Positions 13,350 to 27,082 of a stretch of DNA of 57,863 nt are shown here, in pieces. This stretch comes from Piedraia hortae CBS 480.64 (Eukaryota), in NCBI GenBank assembly GCA_010093745.1, contig MU005960.1, forward strand, positions 372,636 to 430,498, read 5' to 3'. A program made the translations under genes and the position numbers. The notes under the pieces are model-generated. The model was not told the DNA's origin and did no database searches. It saw only the letters and a list, made by a program, of their open reading frames with translations. Numbering within the stretch: position 1 is the stretch's first letter; each line of letters starts with the position of its first letter.

Positions 13350-13762
13350 AATCGTAGTGGGGGGAGCTGATTAGTGCAGATGATTTGGACGCACTCTCCG
13401 TCGAGACGGGTGGACTTGGATGGATGGGCAAGTTACTTCTCTTGTCATCCATCGTCGCCGTTTGCGCTTACTTTTTGAAGTCAAAAGGACAGTACCAAAA
13501 GCTGTAGAAGAAAACAGTAGTACAGAAGCAGAAAAACAGCTCTATTACCAGGAGTTTCCTCTCAACGCCTCCCTGTCCAGGGGTCTTTTTTCCCACGAGG
13601 CAGCGACTTTCCTCCCTGCATTCATGCAACCCATCGCTATGCACAAAGCAGCATCTATCATACCCTTCTGTCGTTCAGGGCATCTCTAAAGCCGCATCTC
13701 ATCGGTTGTAATGTTAAGATCTTCAAGGCCCCCCCAACACAAAAAGGCTGTGGCTTCTTTCT

Positions 13763-15882
<2,120 letters not shown>

Positions 15883-16408
15883 TCTTCAGCTGTCAGGCAG
15901 GAGTGAAGTTCCGGGTAAAAAGGGCGCGGTGAATATGATTTAGGCCGCAGCTATCTCAACTGCCAGAACCTAAAAAGGGAAAACAAAAAAGAGAGGAAGC
16001 GTGAGCGCTTGTGCAATTGTTGTAGAGGTCGTTGTCGACCGTGTTTTGCGGAATAAATTTTCGTTTGCAGGCCCTAAAAGTCGTTCTGCACGGACCAGGC
16101 TGCGGTGGCTTTCCGCTTGACCCTGGCTAGCGTCAAATGCCGCTGTAACCTGTCGCCTGTTCAAGCCTAGTGTCATCTTTGACAGGTTATCCTGTCACGG
16201 GTAGGGCTGTACATTTGGATCAACGCCAGACCAAGCTAGGCATTTGTGTGTTTGGTGCCCTTTGTCAACTGCCAATTGTCGGCTTCGACGCTGCTTGAGA
16301 GGCATTTGGTACCACGCCACTTTTTCCCCTGGTTGAATGCAGGTCCGTTGCAGATGCAGATTTATCACAATTAGTCTAGAATTACAGCTTCATATAATTG
16401 TACAACCT

Positions 16409-19400
16409 TTATACACCAATGTCGACTGTCGTCCAGTCAGACATATAATCCTTCTTCTGCCCTAGGACAGTAATGTTGCCAGACTTCTGGGCCAGTCTCT
16501 CTGCGGCATGAATGACATCTGAAGCAGTGACGTCCAACAGCTTTTCACGACGCAGGTCCTGATCTTCCACGGTGACGCCGCGGAGAAATTGTTCCATTCC
16601 TTCCTGGTTGACGCTCTTGGGAGCATCTAGCCCTTGAAAGACGCTCAGCTTGGCCTCTTCGAGTTCACGATCCGTCCATTTTCGCTCTGCAGCCCATTGC
16701 AGCGCTTTTTGCATTGTCCTGAGGCTATTCTCCGGGCTCGGGTCACGGTAGGCGTACATACCAAACACGCCGCCCAGTGCTTGATTATACGCTCCACCAC
16801 CGTAGGCACCGCCTTTTTCTCTAATTTCGTGGTGCAGATGCTTGTGTGTGAGAAGCTTGGCAAGAATGGCATTTGGGACCCCTTGCGGGTCAGTGTAAGA
16901 AGTTGTAGGAATTGCCAAAGCAGAGTAGTAGACCTGATATGGCAAGGGGAACACTGTTTTGGTAGGGCTTGAGGGTGGTGTCCATAATGAGGTTGGAGCC
17001 GATATCGGCTTGCCACGGCCACGGATTGCAGAGAGGAAGTTGTGAAGCGCCTTTTCATTTGAAACCGTAGCGTCGGCACCACAAGTGAGCGCAATGCGCA
17101 TGTCGTTGCTCATGTTGTAAGCAGCAGCGACCTGGATAGTCTTGAGCTTGTGGATGAGATGAGCAAGAGCATCATCTCCAGCATCGGCAAGAGACCTGAT
17201 GATTTTGACTTGTGTCAGCCCCCTTGTTTGCTCGACTCTCTGGGCAAACGGGGTCAAGCCGGCTTCGGCATATCGCATGGCATAGGAATGACCACTCGAA
17301 GCTATAGCGTCCAACGCCCCGGCGGCTTCTGATGTGACTAGTTCTTTGACCATCTTCTGGGCATTGGGGCTGTCGAAATCGGTCTCGTTCAACACCATGC
17401 AAAGTAGCTCGTATACGTCGGGGATATTTCTGTCCAACGCAAAACCACTCAATATCATACTTTCACTTGTTCGGAGAGTATCGGAAGGCGAAGGCGTGCT
17501 GTGGTATCCAAAGCTGATTCCACCCGTCTTAAGCTTGATGAGGTCTTCAATCTCCTCCATAGTCTTGTCTCGTGTCCCGATACGCATTACACAGTCGCAA
17601 AATAGAGGCACCAGCTCCCTTAGATCATCGGGTAGATTCTTGAACATGGACAATGCGGTGAAGTAGGTCAACCCATTTGTTGCCGCCTCATGCCATTGGA
17701 CCTTGGTGTGGTTATCAATAGCACTCTCTCGCAACTTGACTCTTGGTTTTCGCCGGGGAATATCGGAGACTCGGAGAGTTGGTAGACTGTCCAGATTCTC
17801 TGATGTACCAGCGTCTTGTTCTTTCAACAAGGCAAGCTCTCGATCTCGCAGATCTTCCACTGATGTTTGCTTCGTTGCCTCATCAACCTTCTGCACCAGA
17901 CGATCGGCTTCTTCAGACGCAAGCGTCTCGTTATAGCCTTCATCTGGGGCCATGACAAAGGTGAAAGTGTTATTGTTGTCAATGCAGTACTTGCGCAGCA
18001 GGTTCTCCAAGTATCTGCCATCTTTGGATAATTTTTCTTGAAAACGCTCCACTATTGCGTTCCAGGAGAGTGATTCCATGGGATCAACACCACTGAACCA
18101 GCCAGGACTTAATTTTTGGATGAGACCCATTCCCAGTCGAGCCGTCTTGTGCTTCAGAGCCAACTCGAGCTGATGCAGTATGCCCTCGATTTTGCCCTTG
18201 TCGAAGCCCTTTTCCACTGTCTTGTTCATTGTATCAATTATGACCTGAGCCACTTTTGATGTATCCTCCTTCGCCACGCCGTTCAACCCCACCGTAAGCA
18301 CGCTCTGGAGACCCAGAGTATCGTACCCGGTGTTGGGCGTAAAGTCGGTGCCTAGCCCGGACTCGATGAGTGCTCTGTACATTGCGGAGCCATATCCATC
18401 TAGCAAGAGTGAAGATAGTAACTGGAGCGCAAATGACTCATCCAGGTCAGTTGCATTGCAGCCGTACCAAGATCTACTGATCTTGTATTGACGATCCTGG
18501 GGCATAAGAGGGTCCCTGGGACCCGATACTTGGACGGATTTTGTTCCATCCAGCGCAACTGGGCTTACCACCCTTTTGTCCACAATTCTACTTTTGAAAT
18601 GCTCCAACTGCTTGCTGATGAACTCAAGATGGCTTTGGACTGGTTGATCACCATACGTCATGATTTTGGCGTTGCTTGGATGGTAGTGAGCCTTGTGAAA
18701 GTTTCGAAGCTGGTCGTATGTGAGATTAGTCATGTCCTTTGGATCACCTCCACTGTTGTTCATGTCAGGACAAATGTTTCGCAGGTATTCTGTGTAGAAT
18801 AGATAGGAAGCATCAGATAACTGACCCTTCATCTCGTTATACACCACACCCTTGAAAACCAGTTCGCTCTTATCTTGGAGTGGATCAGCTGGGCCAATAC
18901 GCCAGGCCTCCTGGTCGAAGTCTGACTTCTTGAGCAACGGATTCAGCGTAGCATCGAGATAGACTGACATCAGATTCTTAAAGTCTTGCGTATTCGTTGT
19001 TGCAAAAGGATACATTGTGTAATCAGAGGCTGTGAATGCGTTCATAAAGTTCTGCAGCGAACGAGGCAACATTTTGAAGAATGGGTCTCGAACGGGGTAT
19101 CTAACATATACCATCAGCTTACAGAATATGGCAACTTTGGGAAACATTTGACCTACTTTTCCGAGCCACAAAGAGTAACGTGTTCAAGGATATGGGGCAC
19201 TCCCGTGGCATCGGGCGCATTGGTTTTGAAGCCAATGCTAAAGACGTTGTTGCTGTCATCACGCGCGAGATGCAAGTACTCTGCTCCAGTGGCCTCATGG
19301 CGGAACATGGCAGCTGCAAGTTCAAGCTCAGGGACATGCTTGATGCGGTTCAATGTGAAGCCGTGGAGCGACGAGTTCAGCGGCGGAAGGCTACTGAGCT

Positions 19401-19497
19401 TGTCGTTCACGGATGCATAGCTACGGGACAGAGGCGTCCGTTGCCACACGCAACAACGCGGCCTACAAATTCTCCGTGCAGCCCGCACCGGAAACAT
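16409..19497 (-). CDS. CYM1: Mitochondrial presequence protease Cym1 (M16C); exons 19497-19157 and 19100-16409, about 1010 aa
   Basis: Arg-rich presequence, [54 protein letters not shown]. 56-nt intron GTAGGT...TAG. Confidence 0.94.
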
Positions 19498-19733
19498 GAT
19501 TAAGGGCAGAGGTCTGCGGTGCGGTGCGGTGAATGGCAATTACTGAATTGGGCAAGTGACAGATCATAATTAAGTAAATTGCCGACGGATGTTTAAGCAA
19601 TGGATTGACCCGCAAAACGTTTTTCCTCTGCACCGCACCGGCTTTGTTGTCGACCGCAAGCCCACAATTGCGCCAAGATATCTGGATTGTCCACCAAGTC
19701 CGACATTTTCTGACAATCCTCCGCTACAGCACC

Positions 19734-21074
19734 ATGGGCTCTTCCCAGAATCAGCGCAATCCGCGGGCCCCGGCCGACGATGCGCCAACAGCCAGGTCTA
19801 CAGCCAAGCAGGGCAAGAAGGCGGCTGCACAGAGTGACCCCGAGATGGCACACAAGGCACTGTTGTCCAAAATTTCGCAGCTGGAGGCATCCAATACAGA
19901 GACCGCCAACGAAGCGGCCGAGATTGAGTCGGAAGTGACCAAGTCAATGGCTGAAATGATCAGTAAGATGGGCCCGCACACGAACCGGCTGGAGCAGGTG
20001 CAGCAAAAGTACAGCGATCTGCTTAAGGAGATGAAGCGCATGGAGCGTGAATACACCCGAACGAAGAAGCGTGGCGATCAGCTGCAAAAGGAGAAGGAAG
20101 AGGCAGTCAAGGACCGAATCAAGGAGCGCGGACTCAAGGAGAAGCTGGAGAAATTGTCGCGTGAGCTGACGCGCGAGAACAAGAGGCTCAAGGAGGAGGC
20201 GCGCGACGTTCGGGAGGCCTCGGTCGGTATGAGCGCCGAGCTGCACGACCGGTTGGAGGCTCTGGTCGGCGATGTTGACCGCGTGACGAATTCGCGTGGA
20301 GCCAGCGACCCGCCGCCTGTCGAGCTGGCCGCGGACAATAAGTTTGCGCAGCACATGGAGTCGCTGGTCCAGCAGTACGAGATGCGCGAGATCCAGATGC
20401 AAGGCGAGATGAGGCTGAAAGATCTTGAGATTGCCTTCCACCAGAAGCGCCACGAACAGCTGCAGCGCGCGCAGGAGACGGAGCTGAGTAAGAGTAGCCA
20501 GCTCACACGCCAGGTCAGCACCTTTAGCCAGACGGAAAACGAGTTGCGCGGCCAACTGAACGTTTACGTAGAGAAATTCAAGCAGGTGTGAGCTCCCGTT
20601 GAACATGACGTAGTTGCAATTAACGTGCTGCAGGTGGAGGACACGCTTAATAACTCCAACGATCTCTTCCTCACCTTTCGCAAGGAGATGGAGGAGATGT
20701 CCAAGAAGACGAAGCGGTTGGAACGCGAGAACCAGACGCTGAACCGCAAGCAAGAGGCCACTAACAAGAACATCTATCAGATGGCTGAGGAGCGGGCCCA
20801 AAACGAGGCCGAACGAGCGCAGTTGAGGGTGGAGAACGAGAAGCTCAAGAGTCTTTGTCGAGCCATGCAGAAAAATCAGTACCACGATGGCACGGGCGTA
20901 GAAGCCACAGTGGGCGCCTACGACGACCAATCTCAGGACGATGATTCTGCTAGTGACGGTCTAGGTGAGGATGAGGATTCGGTGCGTCCGTCAGTCTCTG
21001 TGCCGCCTCCACCGCCCAAGTCGAGGGCCATGGCCAACGGAAAGTCCAACGGTCATGCACCTCGTTCCTTTTGA
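19734..21074 (+). CDS. Taxilin-family coiled-coil protein; exons 19734-20585 and 20634-21074, 430 aa
   Basis: Long heptad coiled coil with KLEKLSREL and ENELRGQLNVYVEKFKQ|VEDTLNNSNDLFLTFRKEMEEMSKKTKRLEREN. 48-nt intron carrying an in-frame stop. Confidence 0.85.
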
Positions 21075-21431
21075 GCCTGTTGCTACTCGCTTAGTCCAGC
21101 AGGCTGCTTATCCAACATACTCACCACAAAGCCCCAGTGAGCGTAGAGTTCAAAATTCCCCTCGTTTGTGCCTCCACTTAATAGCGCTTATCGAACAGAT
21201 TAGTCGGTTCCAGCTGCCCTGCGCCCTGTGGCAGTTGAGGCCATCCAACAGCGCCAGATCAAGCAGCCCCGGAGCCGCAGCCAGCCTGTCCTGCATGGTT
21301 GACTGGGCCCTGGGGCATCTCGAACTATTTCAGACCCGCTGCCTTTGAAGGTCATGTAGGCATTGCGGACTAAAGCTTCGAGGACATTCTCATAGTAATC
21401 GTACAGCGGTAAAGTCCAGCCGCCCCGGCTA

Positions 21432-22218
21432 TCATACAGGTCGTGTCCGTTCACCTTTCCAGAGCCCCAGCAGCTCCCCCGTTTCACTGACCCATTCTCT
21501 CGCCCCGTTAACCGCAGCCTTTGCCATTCCCGACTGTGTTCCACTTCGTCGAGTCCTTGTGCCCATAGGCGCAGTCGTGTTGAGCGGCTCGCGGCCTGGC
21601 ACCACGTAGCTACTGCCAGGCCCCGTTGCATACTCGGATCCCATCGACGGCAGCACGTTTTCCCCCGCACTCAGGCTGATAAACAGCGCAAACGGCACCA
21701 GCCAGACTTCGAGTCCAAAGAAACTTGCGACTTCGGTAAACGTCGGCAGATCTTTCTGCGCCTCTCTCCACGAGTACGGTGACGCGCCATATCCATTGTT
21801 GATCGTAGACAGTGGCGCACTAAAATGCCTGAACCAAACCCAGTGGTTTACCGCAACCAGGATGCAACTTAGCAGAAAGATAGGATCCGTCAGCTTGACA
21901 ACTGGGAACCGCCGTAGATTTTGAAGATAGATCACGTGGCTAATGATGGACAGCGTACTGGGGCCCCAGGGGAAGTCGTCGATGACGACAAGAAGCAGCT
22001 GCACAGCAATGACGCCGTATATCATGCGCGTGAGTGCCTTCTTCGCAGGCACCGTATGCTCTTCGACCACTTCTGAGAGATAATAAAGTCCGCTAGCGAT
22101 GGCGAGGGCAAGAAAGAGAAAGCCTAGGACTAGGCCCAGGTAGCCCTATGGGTGATGTAAGCTGGAGAGCTGGAAGGCCGCCAGGACAGCAACGTACAAG
22201 AAGAGGGAGAATCCACAT
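21432..22218 (-). CDS. SVP26: ER-Golgi adaptor Svp26 (TEX261 family); exons 22218-22198 and 22145-21432
   Basis: MWILPLL|GYLGLVLGFLFLALAIASGLYYLSEVVEEHTV, NHWVWFRHF, EVASFFGLEVWLVPFALFISLSAGENVLP. 52-nt GTACGT...TAG intron. Confidence 0.9.
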
Positions 22219-22350
22219 TGATAGAGCGATTGATTGTGCGCGGTAAGATAAAAGGTGAGGTTGGAGATTGCCTAATCGAGTCAAGCGTGGCGGGTTACAC
22301 GCAGCGGGGCAATGATTTTGCACCACCAAACACACACGATTTCAAAAACC

Positions 22351-23178
22351 ATGTCGCGGCCAGAAGATACCCTTCCGCCTGATCTCTTCTACAATGATGC
22401 CGAGTCGCGCAAGTATACGACTTCTTCACGCATCAAAAATGTTCAGGCTGAGATGACGCATCGTGCCCTTCAACTCCTTGATCTGCGTAAGCCGTCGATG
22501 GTTCTGGATGTAGGCTGTGGCTCGGGGCTTTCGGGTGAGATCTTGTCCCAAGTTCCCCAAGAGTCTGGGGGTCCCCATGTCTGGGTTGGCATGGATATTA
22601 GCTCTAGCATGCTGGCTCAAGCCCTTGAGCGAGACGTAGAAGGAGACATGTTGCTAGCCGATATCGGGCAAGGCGTCCCGTTTAGGCCGGGAACATTTGA
22701 TGCAGCCATCAGCATCAGTGCTATCCAGTGGCTCTGTAATGCCGAAAGTTCGGACGTCAGTCCCGAGGGCCGCCTCAAGCGCTTCTTCGAAGGTCTATAT
22801 GCTAGTCTCAAGCGCGACGGAAAGGCAGTGTGTCAGTTTTATCCAAAAAACCCTCAACAACGCACATTGATTTCTAATGCTGCTATCAAAGCTGGCTTCG
22901 GAGTCGGCATCCTGGAAGATGATCCTGACACAAAAAATGTAAAGTACTACCTGGTCCTCACCATTGGCGGGTCCGGCGAAATGACCAATGCTGTTGGGCA
23001 AATGGAAGGTGTAGATGTTGTAGCCACACAGCAAAAGCAAAAGAAACGAGACAAGGCGTTCGAAAAGAAGGGCAGCAAGGCCTGGATCATCCGCAAAAAG
23101 GCCCAAATGGAAGCCAAGGGAAAAGTCGTTAAGCCAACTTCAAAGTATACTGGTAGAAGGAGAAGAACGGCGTTCTAG
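22351..23178 (+). CDS. BUD23: 18S rRNA m7G methyltransferase Bud23
   Basis: MSRPE...PP, KYTTSSRI, LDVGCGSGLSG SAM-binding motif, FRPGTFDAAISISAIQWLCNA, C-terminal SKYTGRRR. Confidence 0.96.
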   Translation: MSRPEDTLPPDLFYNDAESRKYTTSSRIKNVQAEMTHRALQLLDLRKPSMVLDVGCGSGLSGEILSQVPQESGGPHVWVGMDISSSMLAQALERDVEGDMLLADIGQGVPFRPGTFDAAISISAIQWLCNAESSDVSPEGRLKRFFEGLYASLKRDGKAVCQFYPKNPQQRTLISNAAIKAGFGVGILEDDPDTKNVKYYLVLTIGGSGEMTNAVGQMEGVDVVATQQKQKKRDKAFEKKGSKAWIIRKKAQMEAKGKVVKPTSKYTGRRRRTAF

Positions 23179-23196
23179 CCTGCCCCAGCACCACGT

Positions 23197-24643
23197 TCAA
23201 TCACTCTCGTCTTCGTCGTCGGCCTCGTTGCTGTCCACCTCGTAATCAGACGGCGATCGTTTAGTTCCCACATATCCCATCTTTTGCCTCTCTCGTAACG
23301 GAACATCTATCTCTTGGTCACTCATGGAGAGCACGGCCATGAGATAGGCCCACCAGGCGTCACGGCCGTGGCGACTAATCAACTCGAGATGCTCTTGCTC
23401 GGTCAGCATCTTCTTTCGTGGCATGTTGGCCAGGAGAATGTCGCGGATATCGTCCTGCATCTTTGCAACTCGAGCAATTATAATCCACTCATGCTTCGAC
23501 GATTGGCGAGGCTTGAGCATTGGTGCGCCAATATTCATAAATGCATGCTCCCCAAATAAAATGGATCCTAGGCGTGGATTGAGAATCACCTCGTTACGTG
23601 CGGTTTGAATAATGCTGCCGACACCGTACTTCCAGAGTGGCCCATATATATGTCTCAGCAAATAATCCGTATCTGAGCCAGTAGAAACAAGGCGGTGAGC
23701 AATGTGCCTGCAAAGACGTTATTTCTTGGTCCATTCAGTGGTCCAATTCACCTACCACCAGAATGGCGGCTGATACGGCCCGTGGGGATATTCAAATTGA
23801 GCCGCTGCACGAGATTCTTTCCAACCAATGTTTGCTGGGAGTAATTCATTGCGTAAATCCCACACTGGAGAAATGACCCTCCGTCGTGGCAAAACTTGCG
23901 GTGCTCAGGCCAATGCGCGACCTGGCATTCTTGGCTGCAGTAATAGCCCATACAGCATCGGCTACACACCTTGATCGTCATTCCTTGCTCATCAATCACT
24001 CCACAATAACAGCACTTGTAATTTCTGTTGAGGCCACAATATTTCAAGAGCATTGGACTTATGGGGTGCTTCGAAGCCACCATAACCAGCGTCATCCAGT
24101 CGTTGTCCATCTTTCTCTGGTGTGATTTGGTTATCTGGTGAATCGTGCATAACTCCTTAGCCACACCTAACCTGCGAAGGTGTTTTTCCATCTCGCGTAT
24201 CACCATGATGTCTCCACTGGCCCACATCCAGGGCGCTTCTTTCTCCATTGGCGGTGCCTTTGGACTCTGTACCGAATCGATCGGATCGACGACTGCTTTG
24301 AGCAACAGGATCACTGCCACGCGTGCCTGGATCTTTTTACAAAGCGGAAGGTGTGTCGTTCGTACAATGCCAGACTGGTAGCTCCAGTGACATTGCGGGT
24401 GCATGAGTTGCACCATCCGGCAATAGATGCATCCCGGCGCGTAGCGGACGCTGAAGTTCCAGTTGTTAGGCTCGCTATAGTTTTCTCTTCTCAACGTGAT
24501 CCTATCATGAGGGAGGGGTAAAGCCCTTACCCGGTGCGATAATTTTTCCCGCGAGGCAGGGCGTTGAATCTTTTCACCAATTCTTCTTCGAGGGCAAAGG
24601 GGTCAGCGTGATTCACATCTCCAAGCTTGGTTGTCAATGGCAT
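23197..24643 (-). CDS. zf-MYND domain protein; proposed exons 24643-24531, 24501-23752, 23707-23197 (457 aa)
   Basis: MYND finger CCYCG...CSRCCMGYYCSQECQVAHWPEHRKFC. A 44-nt GTGAAT...TGCAG intron joins the two ORF-track ORFs in frame. The first exon depends on a 29-nt intron and is less certain. Confidence 0.65.
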
Positions 24644-25579
24644 TTTCCGGCCTTGAAGGTGCAGTCTGTCGGTGGAGATGGAAAGTTATTCGTAAGACGC
24701 GTCAATAAGCGTGGACCGGACAAGGAAGGCACGAGCCTGTCATCATCTATGTAGGCAGGCAAGTGTTATTGACCACGCTTTCCCTGCCTGTGCGCATCGC
24801 CGGGGTCGTTTCATAAATCTATCTTCATCCTTCAAGTACCTCCCAATATGTATGACAAGGTTTCCAGTGATAACCCAACGTCCCACAATTTAACGTTGAA
24901 AGAACTTTTTCCTCTAGCGAATTCATGACTGGGCTCTTAATCATTGTTCTTTCAAGTACATCAACATCGAACATGGATTTCGAAGATGTACTACCTGACA
25001 GTATAATTATCATCAGTTCATAGTATGGCCCTGGGTACTTCCCGTCAAACGGCCTGATCCGATTACCAATTAAGTTTGGCACTTGCTCATCAGGATCCAA
25101 TCTTCCTATCCCAGTCGTGTACACAACCATGTGATAACCTTTCCTATCCTTCCCCGTGCAGAGGTAGATTGTGACCACAGATTAACAGAGGATTTTCAAT
25201 GGAACAGACTGCCGCGCATCGTAACAGTTTGAGCAAAAAGGTGGCCTAGCCTGAGTCATGAGGACCCAAAACACTTACATGCGACAAAGCTCTCAAGTGT
25301 GAGGAATGCAACTTTGGGCAATACTGGACCTTTGTTGTTGGATTCAAGCATCGCCGCTAGCGCGTATGGGGGGCACTTGCATAGCAAGTCAGCAATACCT
25401 CCTACACTACCAGCTGCACCCTAGGTTGTTCCCTCACAGAGGTTTTCCCTCAGGGTCATGTCATATGTGACATGGTGAATGCGCCCTGCTAGTGTACGAC
25501 GTGTCATCACCGGCCCACCGGTACAGACTTTTCATTCTGACGTCCCCTCATAGAGATAGATAGTCATTCACACTGTCAT

Positions 25580-26600
25580 TTTGACGCTGCGCTCTGTCCT
25601 CTTCGGGTCGCTGCGCAATCTCACCCACGGGAGCCAAAAACCTTTACATTTGTCACGTCCACGGTCAATTGTTTCATGCGCCCATCACGATGCTGAACGC
25701 GAATCAAACTGCACTGAACTCAAGGCAATTGCCAGATTGCATCTACAATGCAACCCGCACCAACCCCGTTCAAGTTCAGCCTTCGATACGAACAGGCCAT
25801 CAATTAAAAAATTCGTTCATATTACATATCTGAATGGCAGGAACATACTACACTCTGTAGACATCTCCACTGCATTCAAAGAGCTCGTTTCAGAATCAAT
25901 GCATACACCGACGAGTGAATCGCGAACAAAGACGGTCATCAATCGATGTGCTCCATGACTTTTACAATGAATTCTGTTGATGTTCCCAATGTGTATTAAA
26001 CCCTATCGACGCACCCATTCGCGGAGATTAGAGATACTTTCCTTGAAGGAGATGCAATCTTCTCAGCCAATACTGACAGTATGTGTGAATGTGCCGTCCA
26101 CCTTATGTATCAGGTTCAATCCCTTCGCTCTTCTTGCGATGTTCCGAGTCGACATGCCTTATGAAGGTTTTGCGGGTTTGCTTGCTCTGATTGGTGTTAT
26201 GATGGGGAACTTTAACAGCAATAACGTTCCGTATATCTCATCTACAAAAGCTAGGGGTTTGATAAAGAAGCTTTGTAACGAAGGAGACTTGACTTCAGTC
26301 TGCCGGCCGGAAGCTTCATCTGGCTACTCTAGTCCTGGGTTGCGATGTGTTCACAGGAATTTGAGCGGTTAAGGCAATGCCCCTCAAGCTAAAGGACGCA
26401 AGATTTTTTGTTAAGTACGGCGATGCATCATTCACAGTTTCGTCGTCCTCTGGTTTTCTCTGCATCGACAGATTTCTAAACTGTCAAACTGCTGCGATTG
26501 GCATAGATACAATGAGGCTTGGTAAGTTCACCAATGAGAAGCAGAAAGAATATCTACAAGCACCTGCAGGGTTTTCAGGTACATCTGCCCCTTGAATGTT
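25580..26600 (+). mobile_element. Highly degenerate, internally deleted Ty1/copia-type retrotransposon relic
   Basis: Ordered fragments resembling fungal copia Pol: ELKAIARLHLQCNPHQPR and VHITYLNGRNILHSVDISTAF (integrase N-terminal part), YISSTKARG...SVCRPEAS (RT C-terminal part), PLKLKDARFFVKYGDASF and RLGKFTNEK (RNase H). Broken by stops and frameshifts. Confidence 0.55.
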
Positions 26601-27082
26601 CTCTGGGTCAGGCAGTTGTATATTTGTTATCGAGATCCGTTTTCCCCCTTGACATCCTCGTGCGACTGGTTCCCAATTCGTCGACGAAGATCGCCAGACT
26701 TGCGGTCAAGTCACATCGTTTGCCAAAAGCAAAAAATACCCAGCCATGCCGTTCCAACGGCGCCTAGATCATCGCAGAAGCAAGGCATCAGAAAAAGCCA
26801 CGCAGTTTAAAACCTGGAATAAGGTGCAGACATGCCCAATATATAAAAATGAAAAAAAAAAGCACAGGTAACAAAGCATGGGCGCGTGCATGCCCATACA
26901 ATATGCACATGCACACAGCCTTGCTACGTAAATAGAATTCTACAGGATCAGTCGGGCGGTTAGGCCTTATGAAAATGACTTGGCCGTTTTGCCCGTTTCA
27001 GAAGAAAAAAGAGAGGAAATTTTCTCAGAGTGAAATGTGATATGCTAAAGTGAAGGGTATCATTGTTCCGAAAACAAAATCA

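Noticed and set aside
24825..25178. 117-aa minus-strand ORF next to the MYND gene
   Set aside because: Composition is protein-like, but the ORF-track start is not ATG and there is no motif or convincing splice link. It may be a relic, but I cannot support a call.
25440..25500. Possible LTR end and primer-binding site (TGTCATATGTGACA-TGG) before the copia relic
   Set aside because: No second LTR copy is visible and there is no clear tRNA complementarity.
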